Shown here: piece after piece, positions 25,932-50,877 of the stretch | Layout of the letters: the number at the start of each line of letters is the position of its first letter | How positions within the stretch are numbered: the first letter of the stretch is position 1 | Source: Amoebidium appalachense | Lineage: Eukaryota > Protista > Ichthyosporea | NCBI GenBank assembly: GCA_963693365.1 | Contig: CAVNZM010000009.1 | Span: 6,071,045-6,135,044 of the forward strand | Length of the DNA: 64,000 nt | Reading direction: 5' to 3' | Program-made: the position numbers and the translations under genes | The notes under the pieces: generated by a model | Told to the model about the DNA's origin: nothing | The model's database searches: none | The model's input: only the letters and a program-made list of their open reading frames with translations

Positions 25932-27930
25932 ATGTCTTTAGGCGGCAGGGGTCTGTCTGGTTATGTTCCTGTGAGCACATGCCACACCGCCATATAACAG
26001 TCAAATTTCTTGCTCTCCCCCCCCCCCCCCCCCCCCCTCCCTCCCCTTCCCCGGCCCCCTTCGCCGCCCCTTTCCCCCCCTCCACACACACCCTCCCCGC
26101 CTGCAATCCCTTCCCGCCCCTCCCTGTTCCCCCAAACCTGCCGTGCTCCTTCACCCTTTCTGTCTCTATCTTCCCTCTTGTCCTCTTCCTCGCGTCTTTT
26201 TCCCTCTGTTAACCTCTGACCATTCCGACCTAATGTTTTTTGTCAGAATGCTACGGACTGCCCACACGGCATACCGTTCATCTACACGTACTTTGGCGAG
26301 TGTGTGGACGACCCGAAGCACCTGACGGCCTTTCTCATCGGCCTCTCGTCCATTGGGTTTTGGCTTTTCGCTCAGGCACCGTATGTGTCCTTCACCCCTC
26401 CCCCAACCCTCCCCCCCCCCCCCCCCCCCCCTGCCTCCCCCTTCCCCCCCTCCCCCCTCCGCTCCTTCCCTCCCTCCTTGCCTCCCTTCCCTCCCCCCCC
26501 CCCCCCCCCCCCCTCCTCCTGCCCTCCCCATGCACACCCATTTCTCATCTCCCGTTCCCCTCCATTCCCCTCCTTTGAGGGGAAAGTAAGGTGCCAGTAT
26601 GCACCCAGGCACTGCTTGCTTTAAGGGCCCATGCATCGGTCTACGCGTGCAAATTCAGCTACATGTTGCCTTGCTGTTTAGTTGAATGCAGACACATCAC
26701 TTTTGTGAGTCGAAAATGACGCAATCGATAGTCGGTCTTGCACGTCAGCTCATGCCCACTGCTTGAACTATCTCTCCGCATATTTCCCAAAGTTATCTCC
26801 CTGGATTATCCCACCAGTGTATGCATGTATCGGGTATATCAGTCACGCTTGGGCTCTCCCAAAGTGTATTTGTTGTTTTTTTTTCTTTGTTTTTTTTTCC
26901 CTACTGGGGTATATCTCGCCTGGGCTATCCCTTTCTTGTATATACCAGATATATCTCGCATGGGATATCCCATTCTTGTATTTAAAGATATACCTCGTCC
27001 AAACTATATTAAACAGGTATAACTCGCCCAGACTATCCCATTCTTGTATTTACCCGGTATATCTCATGCAGTCAGATGCTGACCAACTGGCGGCTGGGCA
27101 ATGCGGACTCTCTGTCGGTGTATTTTCTGCTGCAGTGGTTGCTGGGCGACACCCTCAATCTGATTGGTGCCCTGCTCACACACCAGCTGGCCACACAGGT
27201 ATATCTCTTATCCTGTGTTGGTATATCTAACCTCGTGGTGGTTTTTGATTCTATAGCTTCCCTTTTTTATGTTCTTGTTAGTGCTATTATTCGTGTTGTT
27301 GTTTTGTTTTTTGTTTTTTTTGTTTTTTTTTTTTTTTTTTTTTTTTGGGGGGGGGGGGGGGTACGAGGGATGGAGAGGGGGGGGGGGGGGGGGGGGGGCA
27401 AATAGATAAGTGCAGGGATATTGTTTGTGTGGTGGTCAAAAATGGTTGTGGCAACACGTAGGGTTGGAAAAGGAGAGGTGAATCCGGGGTTCTTTGCGGG
27501 TTTGGTTAGGATGGTGGTGGTGAGGAGGGTGGGAATGGGGAGAGTTATGCAGGACTTGGAAGTGGGAGGGGGGAGGGGCGCGGGGGGGGGGGGGGGGGGG
27601 GGTGAAGGGGGCGGTTGGGGGGAGGAGGGGGTCGGTATCGGTAGTGTGCCTTTGCTTTGGCTTTTCAGATTGAGTCTTTGAATGAGCTGCTTTTTCATAT
27701 TTCTTCCTTTGTTCTTCTTCTTTCTTTCTTTTTTTTTGTCCAGTTTAGTTGAATCTGAGGAGGGAAATAGGACGGGGGGGATGGTAGCCAACTAGCACTG
27801 AAAAGCTCGGGCACTAATCCCTTCCTCCCCCTCCTCCCCCCCCCCCCCCTCCCCCCCCTCCTCCCCTGCACCCCCTCCCCCCCCCCCCCCCAACACACAC
27901 ACACACATACACACGCACACACACACACAT

Positions 27931-27981
<51 letters not shown>

Positions 27982-28223
27982 GTGACTGCGTACTACTTTG
28001 TGGGCATCGACATAGTGCTCATGCTGCAGTTCATCTACTACAAGCTCAAGAGGCAACACCAACACAGACAACAGCTTATCCAAGGTATGAACAACCCCCA
28101 CTCCCCCCTTTTTCTTTCTCTCCCCCCGCCCCACCCTGCCTCCACTTCCCCACTCCACTAAACCCCTCTTCCCTCCTTCCCCTCGCCCTCCCTCTCACAC
28201 CTCGCTCACCTTCTCACCCTCTC

Positions 28224-28281
<58 letters not shown>

Positions 28282-28317
28282 CCCCCCCTCCCCCCCCCCC
28301 CCCCCCCCCTCCCCCCT

Positions 28318-28350
<33 letters not shown>

Positions 28351-28904
28351 ATCTCCCAGCTTCCTATGTCGACTCGTCTATTGCCGTTGAGGGAAAAAGT
28401 GGGTTGGTAGCCACAAGAGAAGAAGGAAGAAGTTAAGGTCTTTGTCGTTGTTTCACGATTTGGCATCTGTCTAAGGTCAATTTTTGTCACATTGAGCTTG
28501 TAGTAGTTACATCCGCTTTTTCAAAGTCTCTCTCTCTTCTCTCTCTCTCTCTCTGTCTGTCTGTCTGTCTGTCGGCCTGTCCGTCCGTCTCTCTCTCTCT
28601 CATTCGCTCTCTCTCGCCACCCCCCCTCCCTTTCCCCCCGTCCCCCTTTCTCTCTGTGTGTGTGCGTCCCTCCCCTTCTCCCCTCCTCCACCTCTCACCC
28701 CGCCCCCCTTCTCCCATTTCTCCCTCCTCCCCTCGCTCTCACTCTCTCATTCACTTATTCTCTCGCTCATCCCTTCCCTCCCCCCTCCCCCTCTCCGCAA
28801 TAAAATATCCCCACACATGCAGGAGTCTGCATTGTGCGCCACATACACACACTCTTTCATTTCACCAACACACGGAAACAAATTCATACACACACACTCG
28901 CCGT

Positions 28905-28967
<63 letters not shown>

Positions 28968-29491
28968 CTGCACCCTTGTACCTTTGCATAGTGCCTACAA
29001 CATGCCTGCTCCCATACTTTTCGGTGTCCTTTGTTGTAGGCCGTGGTACTAATAGTTTAAATTTACCTCCTCCTCCCCCCTCCCCTCCCTCTTCCCTCTC
29101 CCCCCCCTCCCCCCCCCCCCTCTCCAACCCCCCCCCCCCCACACACACACACACAGACAAGCACATCACCCAGCTTGGGTGTGTTGGCCTTCTCCTAACT
29201 GCCGGTATGTGCACAATTGCGGCCACCCACACCCCAGCCCTGCTTGGCAACGGGGACTTTGGGGTCGTGTCTGCACCCCAGCGTGTATTGCTGGCCGAAA
29301 ATAGGCACTACACATTGTGGAATGTACGTGCTGAGCTGGGCCCCTCCCTTCGACCCCCTCCTTTCCCTCCCTAATCTCCCTCTGTTCTCCTACTTCTCCT
29401 CCCCCGCCCCTCCCCTCCCCCCCCCCAGTCACACACACACACACACACACACGCACACACACATGCACGCACTCAAGTACACACACACACA

Positions 29492-29565
<74 letters not shown>

Positions 29566-30054
29566 ATCGCACACACACACACACAAACGTGCGCTTCGGG
29601 TACACACACACACACACACACACACAAGCAGGCAGGCAGGCAGGCACACGCGGGCACGCACGTACGTAGCACCCAGAGCCGTTTCATCCCCTAAAGCATG
29701 CACATTGCCCGGTTACCGTTTATGTCGATGTGTGTGGCCCATTCATCCCCCTCTACTTCGTTTTTTTTTTGGATTTTCCTCGTGCGTTTTGGCATTGCTT
29801 AACCCCAAGAATGTGCCACAGCAGAAACAGTGGCTTTAAAAGAAACAGGTGAACGGGGTGGCGGGGGAAAGGGGGGGGGGGGGGGGGGGGGGGGGGATGT
29901 ATGAACTTGACGCTAGGCATACGTATGTGATAGGTGGAAATTTTATATTCTGCATATGTTTGTGTTACCATCCTTGGGTGTGTATGTCGTTGGGGAAGGG
30001 GGTTGATGGGGGAAGGGGGAAGGGGGCGGGGAGGCGGGAGGGGGAGGTGTGTGT

Positions 30055-30089
<35 letters not shown>

Positions 30090-30887
30090 GGCAGGGCAGG
30101 CATTTATCGGTTTTGTGAGGACAAAATGGCAGAAATGTGCTGACAGAATGTGTGGAATGTGTGGAATGCAGAACCGGTCGGAGATGATTGGCTACATCAT
30201 CGGCATCATGTCGGCCATTCTCTATCTGTGCTCGAGGGTGCCCCAGATCGTCAAGAATGTATGTATCTGCCATATCCCCCCCCCCCCCCCTTCCCCCTCC
30301 CCCCCCCCCCCCCCCCCCTCCGCCTCCTTCTCTCCTCTTCCAACGCTTATTTGCTCCCACTTCGCGTTGTTGCCTTCTCCCCCCCCCCCCCCTGTGCACA
30401 TGGCTGATTTTGCATACTTGAATGTTTGCCTTTGCATGTGTCCTGCACCATGCTTCTCATCGTGTATGCGTACTTCGTACCGTGTTCCGCATTCAAACCC
30501 CCCCCCCCCCCCTCTCCCCCCCTTTCATCGCTCCTTTCTTTTCCATCCGAATACCCAATCTTGCTGTTGTCAGCCTGAGTGCGTAGGCACACAATACCCA
30601 AAAAATCTCTGCCTTTGTAATCTGACAAATCCTCCTCCCGTCTCCCTCCCCCCCCCCCACCCCCCCCATCTTCCCACTTCGCTCTGTTTCCCTTGCAGAG
30701 AAAGGCACACACGCTTTCAGATGCAGCTGCACACCAGCCACACACACACACACACCTACACAGCACGCACACATACACACCCGTACACGTAAACGCGCGC
30801 GCACACACACACACACACATCTACACCACACACACCTGCACACCTCTTTACACACACACACCCACGCACATCACACACCCGCACACC

Positions 30888-30936
<49 letters not shown>

Positions 30937-31060
30937 TACATACACACATCACACACACACATTTCCACCCCCTCCCCCCTCCCCCCATACACACACACAC
31001 ACACACACATCCACCTCATCACACACACACTCCCCCCTCCCTCCTACCTCCCCCCCCCCC

Positions 31061-31091
<31 letters not shown>

Positions 31092-31863
31092 ACACAGTGC
31101 CGGCGCCAGTCCACGGGTGGTCTGGCCTTCACCATGTTCATGCTAGCCGTCATGGGCAATGTCAGCTACAGCGTGTCCATCTTCCTCACATCCTCTGACC
31201 CTGAGTTCTTGCTGAGAAAACTCCCTTGGATTGTCGGCAGGTAGGAAACTCAGACGCTTTCCCCCTTCCCCCCTCCCCGCCACCCACCCACCCACCCAAC
31301 CCCACCCCTCCACCCCCCCCCCCCCCCCCCCCCCCCCGCGCCCTCTCTCTCTCTCTCTCTGTCCCCCCCTCCCTCCCCCCTCCCTCCCCTCCCCTCCCCC
31401 GCCCCCCTGCTACATTGGTTGCATACTGAGCGCCTTCTGGTTGCTCTGTTCTACAAAATCTGCATTGCATTGTCCGTCATGAATGCGCGCACTCTGTACC
31501 CTTATAACACGTCCCCCCCCCCCCCCCCCCCCCCCCTCCCCCCCCCCCCCCCTCCCCCACACACACCACCCCCCCTGCGCCCACTCACCCACCGACCCAT
31601 ACCTCCACAGCATGGGCACGCTTATCTTCGACTTCACGATATTTTCACAATTCTACATGTACGGAGACAACACAAAGAGGGAAGGGGAGCAACTTCACAA
31701 GGTGCGCGTACGATCCATCGACGAAAATGCCCCCCTGCTCCGGGCAGGACCACCCCCGGGAACCGTCATACGACCCCTCGACCCAAATTACGACGCGAGC
31801 GAACACCAACCTATCTCTCCACTTATCTTCCCGGCCGCGCAGAAGCAAAACTACTATGTGTGA
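25932..31863 (+). CDS. PQLC2: PQ-loop lysosomal/vacuolar cationic amino-acid transporter (PQLC2/SLC66A1/Ypq-like)
   Basis: Exons 26247-26380, 27072-27198, 27979-28084, 29157-29323, 30172-30258, 31098-31240, 31611-31863. The first coding exon is uncertain (25932-25970 or 25539-25556) and a small exon near 28360-28408 is possible. Two PQ motifs (FAQAP|QM, CSRVPQIVKN), WLLGDTLNLIGA, STGGLAFTMF, LPWIVGSMGTLIFD, and a C-terminal dileucine lysosomal signal ENAPLL. Confidence 0.9.
30393..30497 (+). mobile_element. Short interspersed element, subfamily A (truncated)
   Basis: Reverse complement of the core, ending ...ccgcattcaaa followed by poly-C; C-run also upstream. Confidence 0.8.
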
Positions 31864-32842
31864 GAAAAAAGGGGGCTGGGGCAGGATATCCATTAGTAGG
31901 TTTATCTATATTAGCTGAAAATATCTGTGTATTCATGTCGGTGTATTTGCAATTGGCCGAAATATTCAGCATAATAGTGTATATCTAGGCGACATCCGAC
32001 TTGGACGTTCTGTTTGCCTTTCCGAAAATACGGTATGGGTATTTTGGAAACATGAAGGTTTGCTGTTTTTATTCCAAAAGTGAGAATCAATGTTTATCCC
32101 GTGTTGAGAAACCCCACCGAATCGTCAGCTCGGGTGAAGCCTAGCTTTCAGAATATGATATAGAATGATATATATACCCCTGGGGGTGCGTAGATATATT
32201 TACATGAATTTCAACGGTGTGAATGGGTCGGTATGTAGCTGGTGGGTTGATGTGCTTGTGCGCCTGATTTTCGTTTCAAAGCGAAAGCAGCGGGGAAGGT
32301 CTGCCTAGAGGATGTGAATGTTCATTGAGGGGGGTTTTTCTGGTGTTTCAGAAGATGACTCATGATTTCTGCGCGAATATTAATACATGTGCCCGGTTTT
32401 GGACTTCAAATGCCATTGGTGGTGTGATAGTGTATGGTATACGTAGGTGGACTGCCTAGAGAGAGGATAATAGGATTTTGGTTTTGTAACGAGAACATGT
32501 GTGTCAAGCTTCGAAATTTCAATTTATAATCCAAGGAAAAAATGAATGCCAATGCTATGGAGGCATATTGGAGCCCGATCATGTGTGCTGACATGTAAAG
32601 GTTTCTGATAATAATACCTATTACATGTGAACGTTTTTTCTTTAAAATTATCCCTTGTTTATATTTTTTTATTGAAGATGTTGCAAAAGGTATTTATAAA
32701 AATAAAACAACCAAAAAAAGTAGGAATATGGTGGTGGTGGTGCGTGTGGGCGTGCGTGTGTGTGGTCGGCTGGTGGTGGTGTTTTTTTTATTATTATTTT
32801 TTTATTTTTTTTTAGTTATTTAGTTTTTTAGTGTGTGTGTGT

Positions 32843-32875
<33 letters not shown>

Positions 32876-32919
32876 TGGCCATGGCCGGGCCCTGGTAGGA
32901 CGCCTTGGCTCTGGCAGGG

Positions 32920-43917
<10,998 letters not shown>

Positions 43918-44196
43918 GACAATATGGAAAATACGATGTGAAGGGAAGTATATATTATTGGTGATTGGTTTAGATCGAAACCGGTCCGATTAGATTAGAT
44001 TGCGCATATAAGGAAAGTTTGTCGAATCGATAATGTGAAGAGTGCCCCTGCGTATTAGATTTGTGAAAAACACCCACAGCCTATACATGTATTATCATTA
44101 TAGTATTGGAAATTTTGAAATATATAGTTATTCCAGCTGACACCTTTTTGGTGTGTGTGCCCTCATGCGGCAAACACGCCGTGGTACGCACACGCG

Positions 44197-44270
<74 letters not shown>

Positions 44271-44888
44271 GCAGCATGCGTGTATACGTACAGGCATGTG
44301 CGCCTACACGTGCACGACGTATCCGTGCGTGCATGCGCGCTTACAGACCTCTTCAGTGGTCGCACTAAAGGACATACATGTGTACATGTGGTGATAGCGA
44401 AATGTGTTAGTTTAGCTGATCTGTTTTTGAACATGTACATCCTATTTGGGTACCACATACAGAGCATACGTGTAATTGTCAGAACCGTTAATGCACACAT
44501 ACCTGACACACGTGATGCGACATGGCGGGTTGGTGAACTTTGAGTTTTCTTTTGAACAATGACTGATCTATTGAAAACCACAAATAGATGATTCCTTGTG
44601 TCCTTTGATCACAGAAGATTGAAGGCTTATGCATTGAGCATAAGTCACTGTGTTCTATGAGGGTGAAATAATATTTAAGGTGCCTTAAGCAAACTTTAAA
44701 GCAAACTAAGTAAATCAACTACATAATCAATTGAGTTCCGGTGAGAGTTTTTAACTCGAAGTAAAGATGGATCCGTTCTCGTCAAGTCCTAAACTCCGTG
44801 CCCATGTATTAATCTCCAAAGTTCCCACTTTGAATTCAGGTTGTCCGCTACCTTTTTTCATTTGCAGTATTCTATATATATATATATA

Positions 44889-44925
<37 letters not shown>

Positions 44926-44952
44926 TATATACACACACATAGACACACACAC

Positions 44953-45022
<70 letters not shown>

Positions 45023-45149
45023 GCGCACACGCACATTACAGTATATACCAAGGGCCTAATGATGCATATGGTGAGGTCTGCACCACTAGATTCGACAGAC
45101 TCTGGGGTTGCCCCCTGCAGATGTGTCACTTTTTTTTTCGTTTCCAAAA

Positions 45150-45183
<34 letters not shown>

Positions 45184-45415
45184 GCCAAAACTTCCTGCCA
45201 GGATTTCCATATCCATAGATGGCTACAATGGTAAACATGACATATGGGTATTACATGTCGAATATGTTCTAGTTTTTAAAGCCCATGTATGAACAGTCAT
45301 ACTGAGTAGCACGGGTGGGTACTAATCTTCCCTTGCCCTTATCTTTATTGTGCCCCAAAGGCCACAGGTAGGATCCATCCAAAGCGCATTTTTTTGTTTC
45401 AATGCACGTGTCCAA

Positions 45416-45465
<50 letters not shown>

Positions 45466-45516
45466 ACCTTTTCCCGAACCGAGAGGCCTCAGCCCGAAGG
45501 GTCTCTAATGTGGTGG

Positions 45517-45960
45517 TGGAAACCATGGAATTGCGGCAACCGGTCTCCGGGCCCAATTCATATGAAGAACAGGGTTACATCGAGAGCAAACACCAATTAT
45601 GCGCTAGAGTTATAATATTTGCATGGTAATTATGCAAATAGTGTTTTCTTCAAACGTTCAGTACAGAAAAAATATAAGTCAATTGGTTCAGCGTCAGCGA
45701 CCGAAAAACCAACTGCACCAAATCTGGTACGTTTTGAAACTAAAAAACAGCACCAAAATGTACCAGATTTGGTGCAGTTGGTTTTTCGGTCGCTGACGCC
45801 GAACCAATTGAGTTATAATTTTTCTGTACACTATTTACATAATTATCATGCAAAAATTATAGCTCTAGTGCATAATTGGTGTACCTTTTTGCTCTCGATG
45901 TAACCCTGTTCTTCACATGAATTTGGCCCGCAGACCGATCGCCGCCATTCCATGGTTCCA
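45517..45960. mobile_element. Foldback / MITE-like long inverted repeat
   Basis: Arms ~45517-45736 and ~45754-45960 are reverse complements with few mismatches and one ~17-nt indel; short loop. Confidence 0.8.
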
Positions 45961-46032
45961 GCTACCTTAAACTTTTTTTTTTTTTTTTTTTTTTTTTCCC
46001 AGTGTGTGGTGTGTGTGGGTGTGTGTGTATGT

Positions 46033-46100
<68 letters not shown>

Positions 46101-48118
46101 CTGGGAGGGGAGCACGTCTCGTCCACCATCTTTTGCATATTTGGTATGTGTACGTAGGTGTGGGTTTACATACTACAATACGAATCACTCTCTCTCTCTC
46201 CCTCCCCTTCCCCCCGCCCCCGCCCCCCCCCCCCCCTTCCATTTCTCTCGAGCAACCCCTCCCTAGGTCTCCATCCTTCTCTCTCTCCCTCTCCCTTTCC
46301 CCTTCGATCTCTATCCCCCCCCCCCCCCCCCTCCCCCCCGCGGCCGCAGCCCCCGTTGAGACTCTCTCTCTCTGTCCTAGGCCCTTCCATTCTCTTGCTC
46401 TCCATCTCCGTCTCCATCCTCCCCCCCCCCCCCCCCCCCCTCTCTCTCTCTCTCTCTCCCCCCCCCCCTCCCCCCTCCCCCCCTGCGCCCCCGGTTCTCT
46501 AGCAAATCTCTATCACACTAACTGGTATGCCTCACGGCTGCCGGCTGCCCTCTTTGGGGTGATCATAGTCCGTAGTTTTCAGCCTCTGTAGAAAAGCCTT
46601 TTTCGGCAGGGTTGTTGGTAATCTCCATACCAGACCACTACTTACTCCCCTGTCCCCCCCCCCCTCCCCCTCCCCCCCCCTCCCCCCCCCCCCCCCCCCC
46701 CCTTTAAGGATTGTTTGTAGTCACCATAGGTCACCACTACCAGACAACCAATCACACGCTGCAGTGTCTTACTGTATTTGTATCACCCACAACCTCCCTG
46801 AGAATCAGTATTGGCCACGGCATGTTAACGAAACATTGAATGGCTGGGGTGGAGGGGGGGGGGGGGGGGGAGGGGGGAGGGGGAGGAGGGGGGGAAGGGG
46901 GATGGCCAGCGCAGTACGGGGTCAGAACACCATTATAAACATGTAATCCAACCATCCGTCGATCAGTGAAATAATTTATTTTTACGTTAGGGCACGATCG
47001 GGAGTTCCCTTGAAGTTCATTCGACAATATTTTCACTGTTTTCGTTGTTCATCAGATGTTAAGGACGTGGTTCTAATATTCACCCGGTTCATATGCCCTG
47101 CACTGAAAATCTTTTTATTTTTTTTATTTTTTAATTTTTTAATAATGGACTGAAAATCCGGACGGAATCGAATCCTCGATATCTCACAGGTTCTATGATA
47201 CGTATACTGATAAGATGTGTGTGCGTGCATGTGTCACGTGCTGTGTGTGTGTGTGTATGTGTGTGTACGTGAGTGTGTATGTGTGCACGCGTGTGTGCCT
47301 GTGCCTGTGTCCGTCTAACACGTGTATGGCTGTGGGTAACGGTATGTGCTGGGATGTCTTGTCCCCCCCGTGTGTCAATAATCACGTGTGTGCGGTGTGT
47401 GTGTGTGTACATGTGTGTATGTGTGTGTGTATGCGCATGTGTGTGTGTGTGCGTGTGCCTGCGAGGGGGGGGGGGGGGGGGGGGTATTGCATGTTGTGTG
47501 CCCATACAAACGTGCTCCATTGTGCAAATCCCAGGATCACCTCCGCAAGATCAAAGATTCCATCATGTAAAGCCTCACGAGTCGTCACTGCAACCCCACC
47601 CATATCCCGTCAGTGTGATCTTATTCTTTGGGCTTTGCGGCAGTGAGCAGGAGAAAATAAGTACTGCACTGTATGGGGAATAACCCTCCCCCCCCCCCCC
47701 CCCCCCCCCCCCCCCCACCTACCCACCCTTTTCCCCCTCATTTTTTTACGGGAGGGCGGAGGGGGAGACGGAGGGGGAGGGGGGGGGGGGGGGGGGGGTG
47801 TTCGGGGGAGAGGGGTAGGGAGGAGAGAGGGGGAGAGCTGTGTTGTTGTTTCTTCTTCTTTCTTTTTCTTTTTTAAGGTGGGGTTAGGGGAAAGAAAACG
47901 GGGGTTTCATGTAAGAAGGAGGTGCCGGAGAGGGGGGGGGAGTGGGGAGGGGAAGGTGGGAAGGGGAGGGGGGGGGGGGGAGGGGGGAATAAGGGAGGGA
48001 AGGGTGCAGTTGTGTAAAAGGTAGAGCCACAAGTTGTAAACGATGTTTCCCTTCCTGTGCCATCCTTTCAGCGAGCTTGGACATCCCCCCCTCCCCCCCT
48101 CCCCCTCCCCCCCCCCTG

Positions 48119-48157
<39 letters not shown>

Positions 48158-48773
48158 CGCACGCACGCGCGCGCGCGCACACACACACACACACACGCAC
48201 GCACACACGCACACACTCTCCCCCTCTTCCCCCCCCGCCCCCCGCCACACACACAAACACACACACACACACACAGACACACACCCCCCCCCCCCCCCCC
48301 CCCGCCCCCCCCTTCCACACACACATCACACAAATAAAGTCGAAACGGGACGGATTGACACAAGGACGTGTGTAGGGATTGATGGCAGAGGCAGCTAAGG
48401 GCACAGCATTGGGAGAGAGCTGGTAAGGGGGAGAGGGGGGGGGGGGGGGGGGGGAAGAAGGGGGAAGAGGAGGAGGTTTGCAGAGCAGGAGCCACAACAC
48501 TGTCGAAGAGAGCTTAGAGTGAAACACAATTGTGGCATACGGGGGGTGATGGAGCTGGGGGGAAGGTGGAATGAGAAAAGAGGGACGTACAGGACGTACA
48601 GGACACAGACACACACACAGAGAGAGACGGGGGGCCGGGGGGGGGGGGGGGGATGAGGAGGGGGGAAGGGGGGAAGAAAGAGTAGGAGGAAGAGAGATGA
48701 GATGGGGGGGGGGGGGGGGGAGAAAGAGAGAGAGGCAGAGAAAGAGAGGCAGAGAGAGAGGAGGGAGGGGAGG

Positions 48774-48804
<31 letters not shown>

Positions 48805-48985
48805 AAGAGAAAAGAGAGAGAGATAGAGAGAGAGAGGGAGAGAGGGGGGGAGAGAGAGAGAGAGTGTGTGTGTGTGTGTGAGAGAGAGGCATAGAAGAAA
48901 CTCGTCTTTGTGAGTGTGTATGTTTCCCTGCATGTCCACGTTCGCGCTTACATTCCAGACAACATAGAGCCATGGGCATCGGCAC

Positions 48986-49933
48986 TTACCATATTGGGGG
49001 GTGTCGACCTAGCAGTTCCTCATAGTCACACTCCCCCTTACTATCACACAGACATCGCGGCTTGCATCTGCAATCTAATGTTTGATCCTCCGGTATCACA
49101 CTTCCCACATACCACCATGTATCCGCCAACCCCTTATCTACCGTCGGCCACCTAACACAGTTTCCATACTCTGTGCACATCTTCGAATCCGGGTACTTGT
49201 CGTGCGCCAAAAAATTCTTCCCGTTTTGCATAAGGATGGGCATGACCGCATGTTGGAAAAAGTGTTGGTCGTCGTTGTATTCGCTCTTCGAGTCTCTCCA
49301 TTTTTCCATGAACTGTTTGAATGTTACACCCCCACCCAAAAACCCCTTCTTTGCACCCCACATGCCGCCCATGATCGGCCGCTGATGGAAGTAATGGTCC
49401 CTCATGATGTGAACAGACTTATCAGTGTTTATCCACTCATCCACAGCATGTCTCTCTCTCCATGCCAGCCTGGAATCCGTGTCGCGTATGATGAATCTGT
49501 CGCAATCGGGCCTGTCTGCAACCCAAAATCTCCAAAACATGGCGCTGTCTCTGTCCCTGTCTACATCGTAGTCCAGCCACACCACCTCGTGCGCCAATGA
49601 GGTCATGTTTTGTGCAAGAGGTGCCTTTTGGAGGTTTTTGCTGGCGTATACTATCACCTTCCAACCGGGATATACCACTTTTGCGAGCTTGAGGTTGAGG
49701 ACAAGGCCAGGGAGGTATTCCCTCTTTTGCGTGCTCTGCCTCTCTCCATCGTAAACAGAGAACGCTATGCAACGCTGTTCCTTTATGGGCGGCTCGGCGT
49801 ATTTGAAAGTTGTTGCTTGGCCATCACCTGCTTGTGTGTGTGAGTATGTGCGCGGGGAGGAGGAGAAAACAGCGTGTAGAAGTGCCCCTATGAGCGTGAA
49901 TAGAACGCAGTCGAGGGCTCGCCTAGCGCTCAT
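48986..49933 (-). CDS. Uncharacterised type II membrane protein, putative GT-A-like glycosyltransferase (315 aa)
   Basis: Uninterrupted complex ORF with an N-terminal hydrophobic anchor. Motifs IAFSVY, YPGWKVIVY, MFWRF, IIRDTDSRL (DxD), AVDEW, HIMRDH, IMGGMWG, DDQHF. The stop sits in a strong donor (TG|GTAAGT), so a short extra 3' exon is possible. Confidence 0.75.
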   Translation of the reverse strand: MSARRALDCVLFTLIGALLHAVFSSSPRTYSHTQAGDGQATTFKYAEPPIKEQRCIAFSVYDGERQSTQKREYLPGLVLNLKLAKVVYPGWKVIVYASKNLQKAPLAQNMTSLAHEVVWLDYDVDRDRDSAMFWRFWVADRPDCDRFIIRDTDSRLAWRERHAVDEWINTDKSVHIMRDHYFHQRPIMGGMWGAKKGFLGGGVTFKQFMEKWRDSKSEYNDDQHFFQHAVMPILMQNGKNFLAHDKYPDSKMCTEYGNCVRWPTVDKGLADTWWYVGSVIPEDQTLDCRCKPRCLCDSKGECDYEELLGRHPPIW

Positions 49934-50877
49934 TTTTGTTCTACAGCTTCCATGGCCTAAGGCATGTGTGAGAGAGTGAGAAAGTTGTGCGCGTGTGCGT
50001 ATGCGTGTGTGTGTATGTGTGTGTGCGTGTGCGTGTGTGTGAGTGTGTGAGCGTGAGTCAGTGTGAGTGTGTGTGTGTGTTGAGCTCGAGTGTGCACGTG
50101 CCGGGTGGGTGGATGGGTGCGTGTGTGTGTGATGGTGTCTGTGTGTATGTGGATGTGTGTGTGGTGCCTAGAGCTTACGTTGCATTCTGGTGTATTTATG
50201 CTACTAATCAAGAGTTATCATGAGTGTCGATGGAGCATTGTTCATCTCTTGGGCCCTATCTCGGTAAACCCCTCTCTCTTCTCGCAAGTGAGCTGCCCAC
50301 TTGCATGTTTCCGAAGGTCCCACCAAAGTTATATTGTGGAATGTCGGAATGTGAGGGGAGAGCTCTTACAACCACTCCATAGTGTCCATCGTTAGCCTTA
50401 TATAGGTTTATTGGTTTCTCTCAGTAGCCCTAAACCCCGAACCATCTGTAGGCTTCATTCCACCACCTGTATGCTACACAAATTACAGAATATAAGAAAA
50501 AATAAATAAATGGAAAAAAAATGCAAACACATGTGTGTGTTGTTGCGCGCTTCAGCTTGCGTTTGTGTGGTCAATGGATTGCACTTTGAAGATGCCCGGG
50601 CTTTTAAATGCTCTCCCTCTACCTGCATTTTTCTTTAAATTTCAAGGGTTGAAATTAAACTTAATAGTAAGATTTTTGATTGCACTAGCATACAATTTAC
50701 AGTAGTGCTCTAGAACTGTGCTAGGTGCCATAATAGTTGCTATCAACTATTTTATAAATAGTATCAACTAGTAAGGCGCTTACTACAATTCTGAAAAGCT
50801 AGGTGTTTGAGTGGCAGTTTGGAAAACAAATTAACAAAATGCAGACATGCCTCAGAATTTCATGTTTGTGCTGAGGT

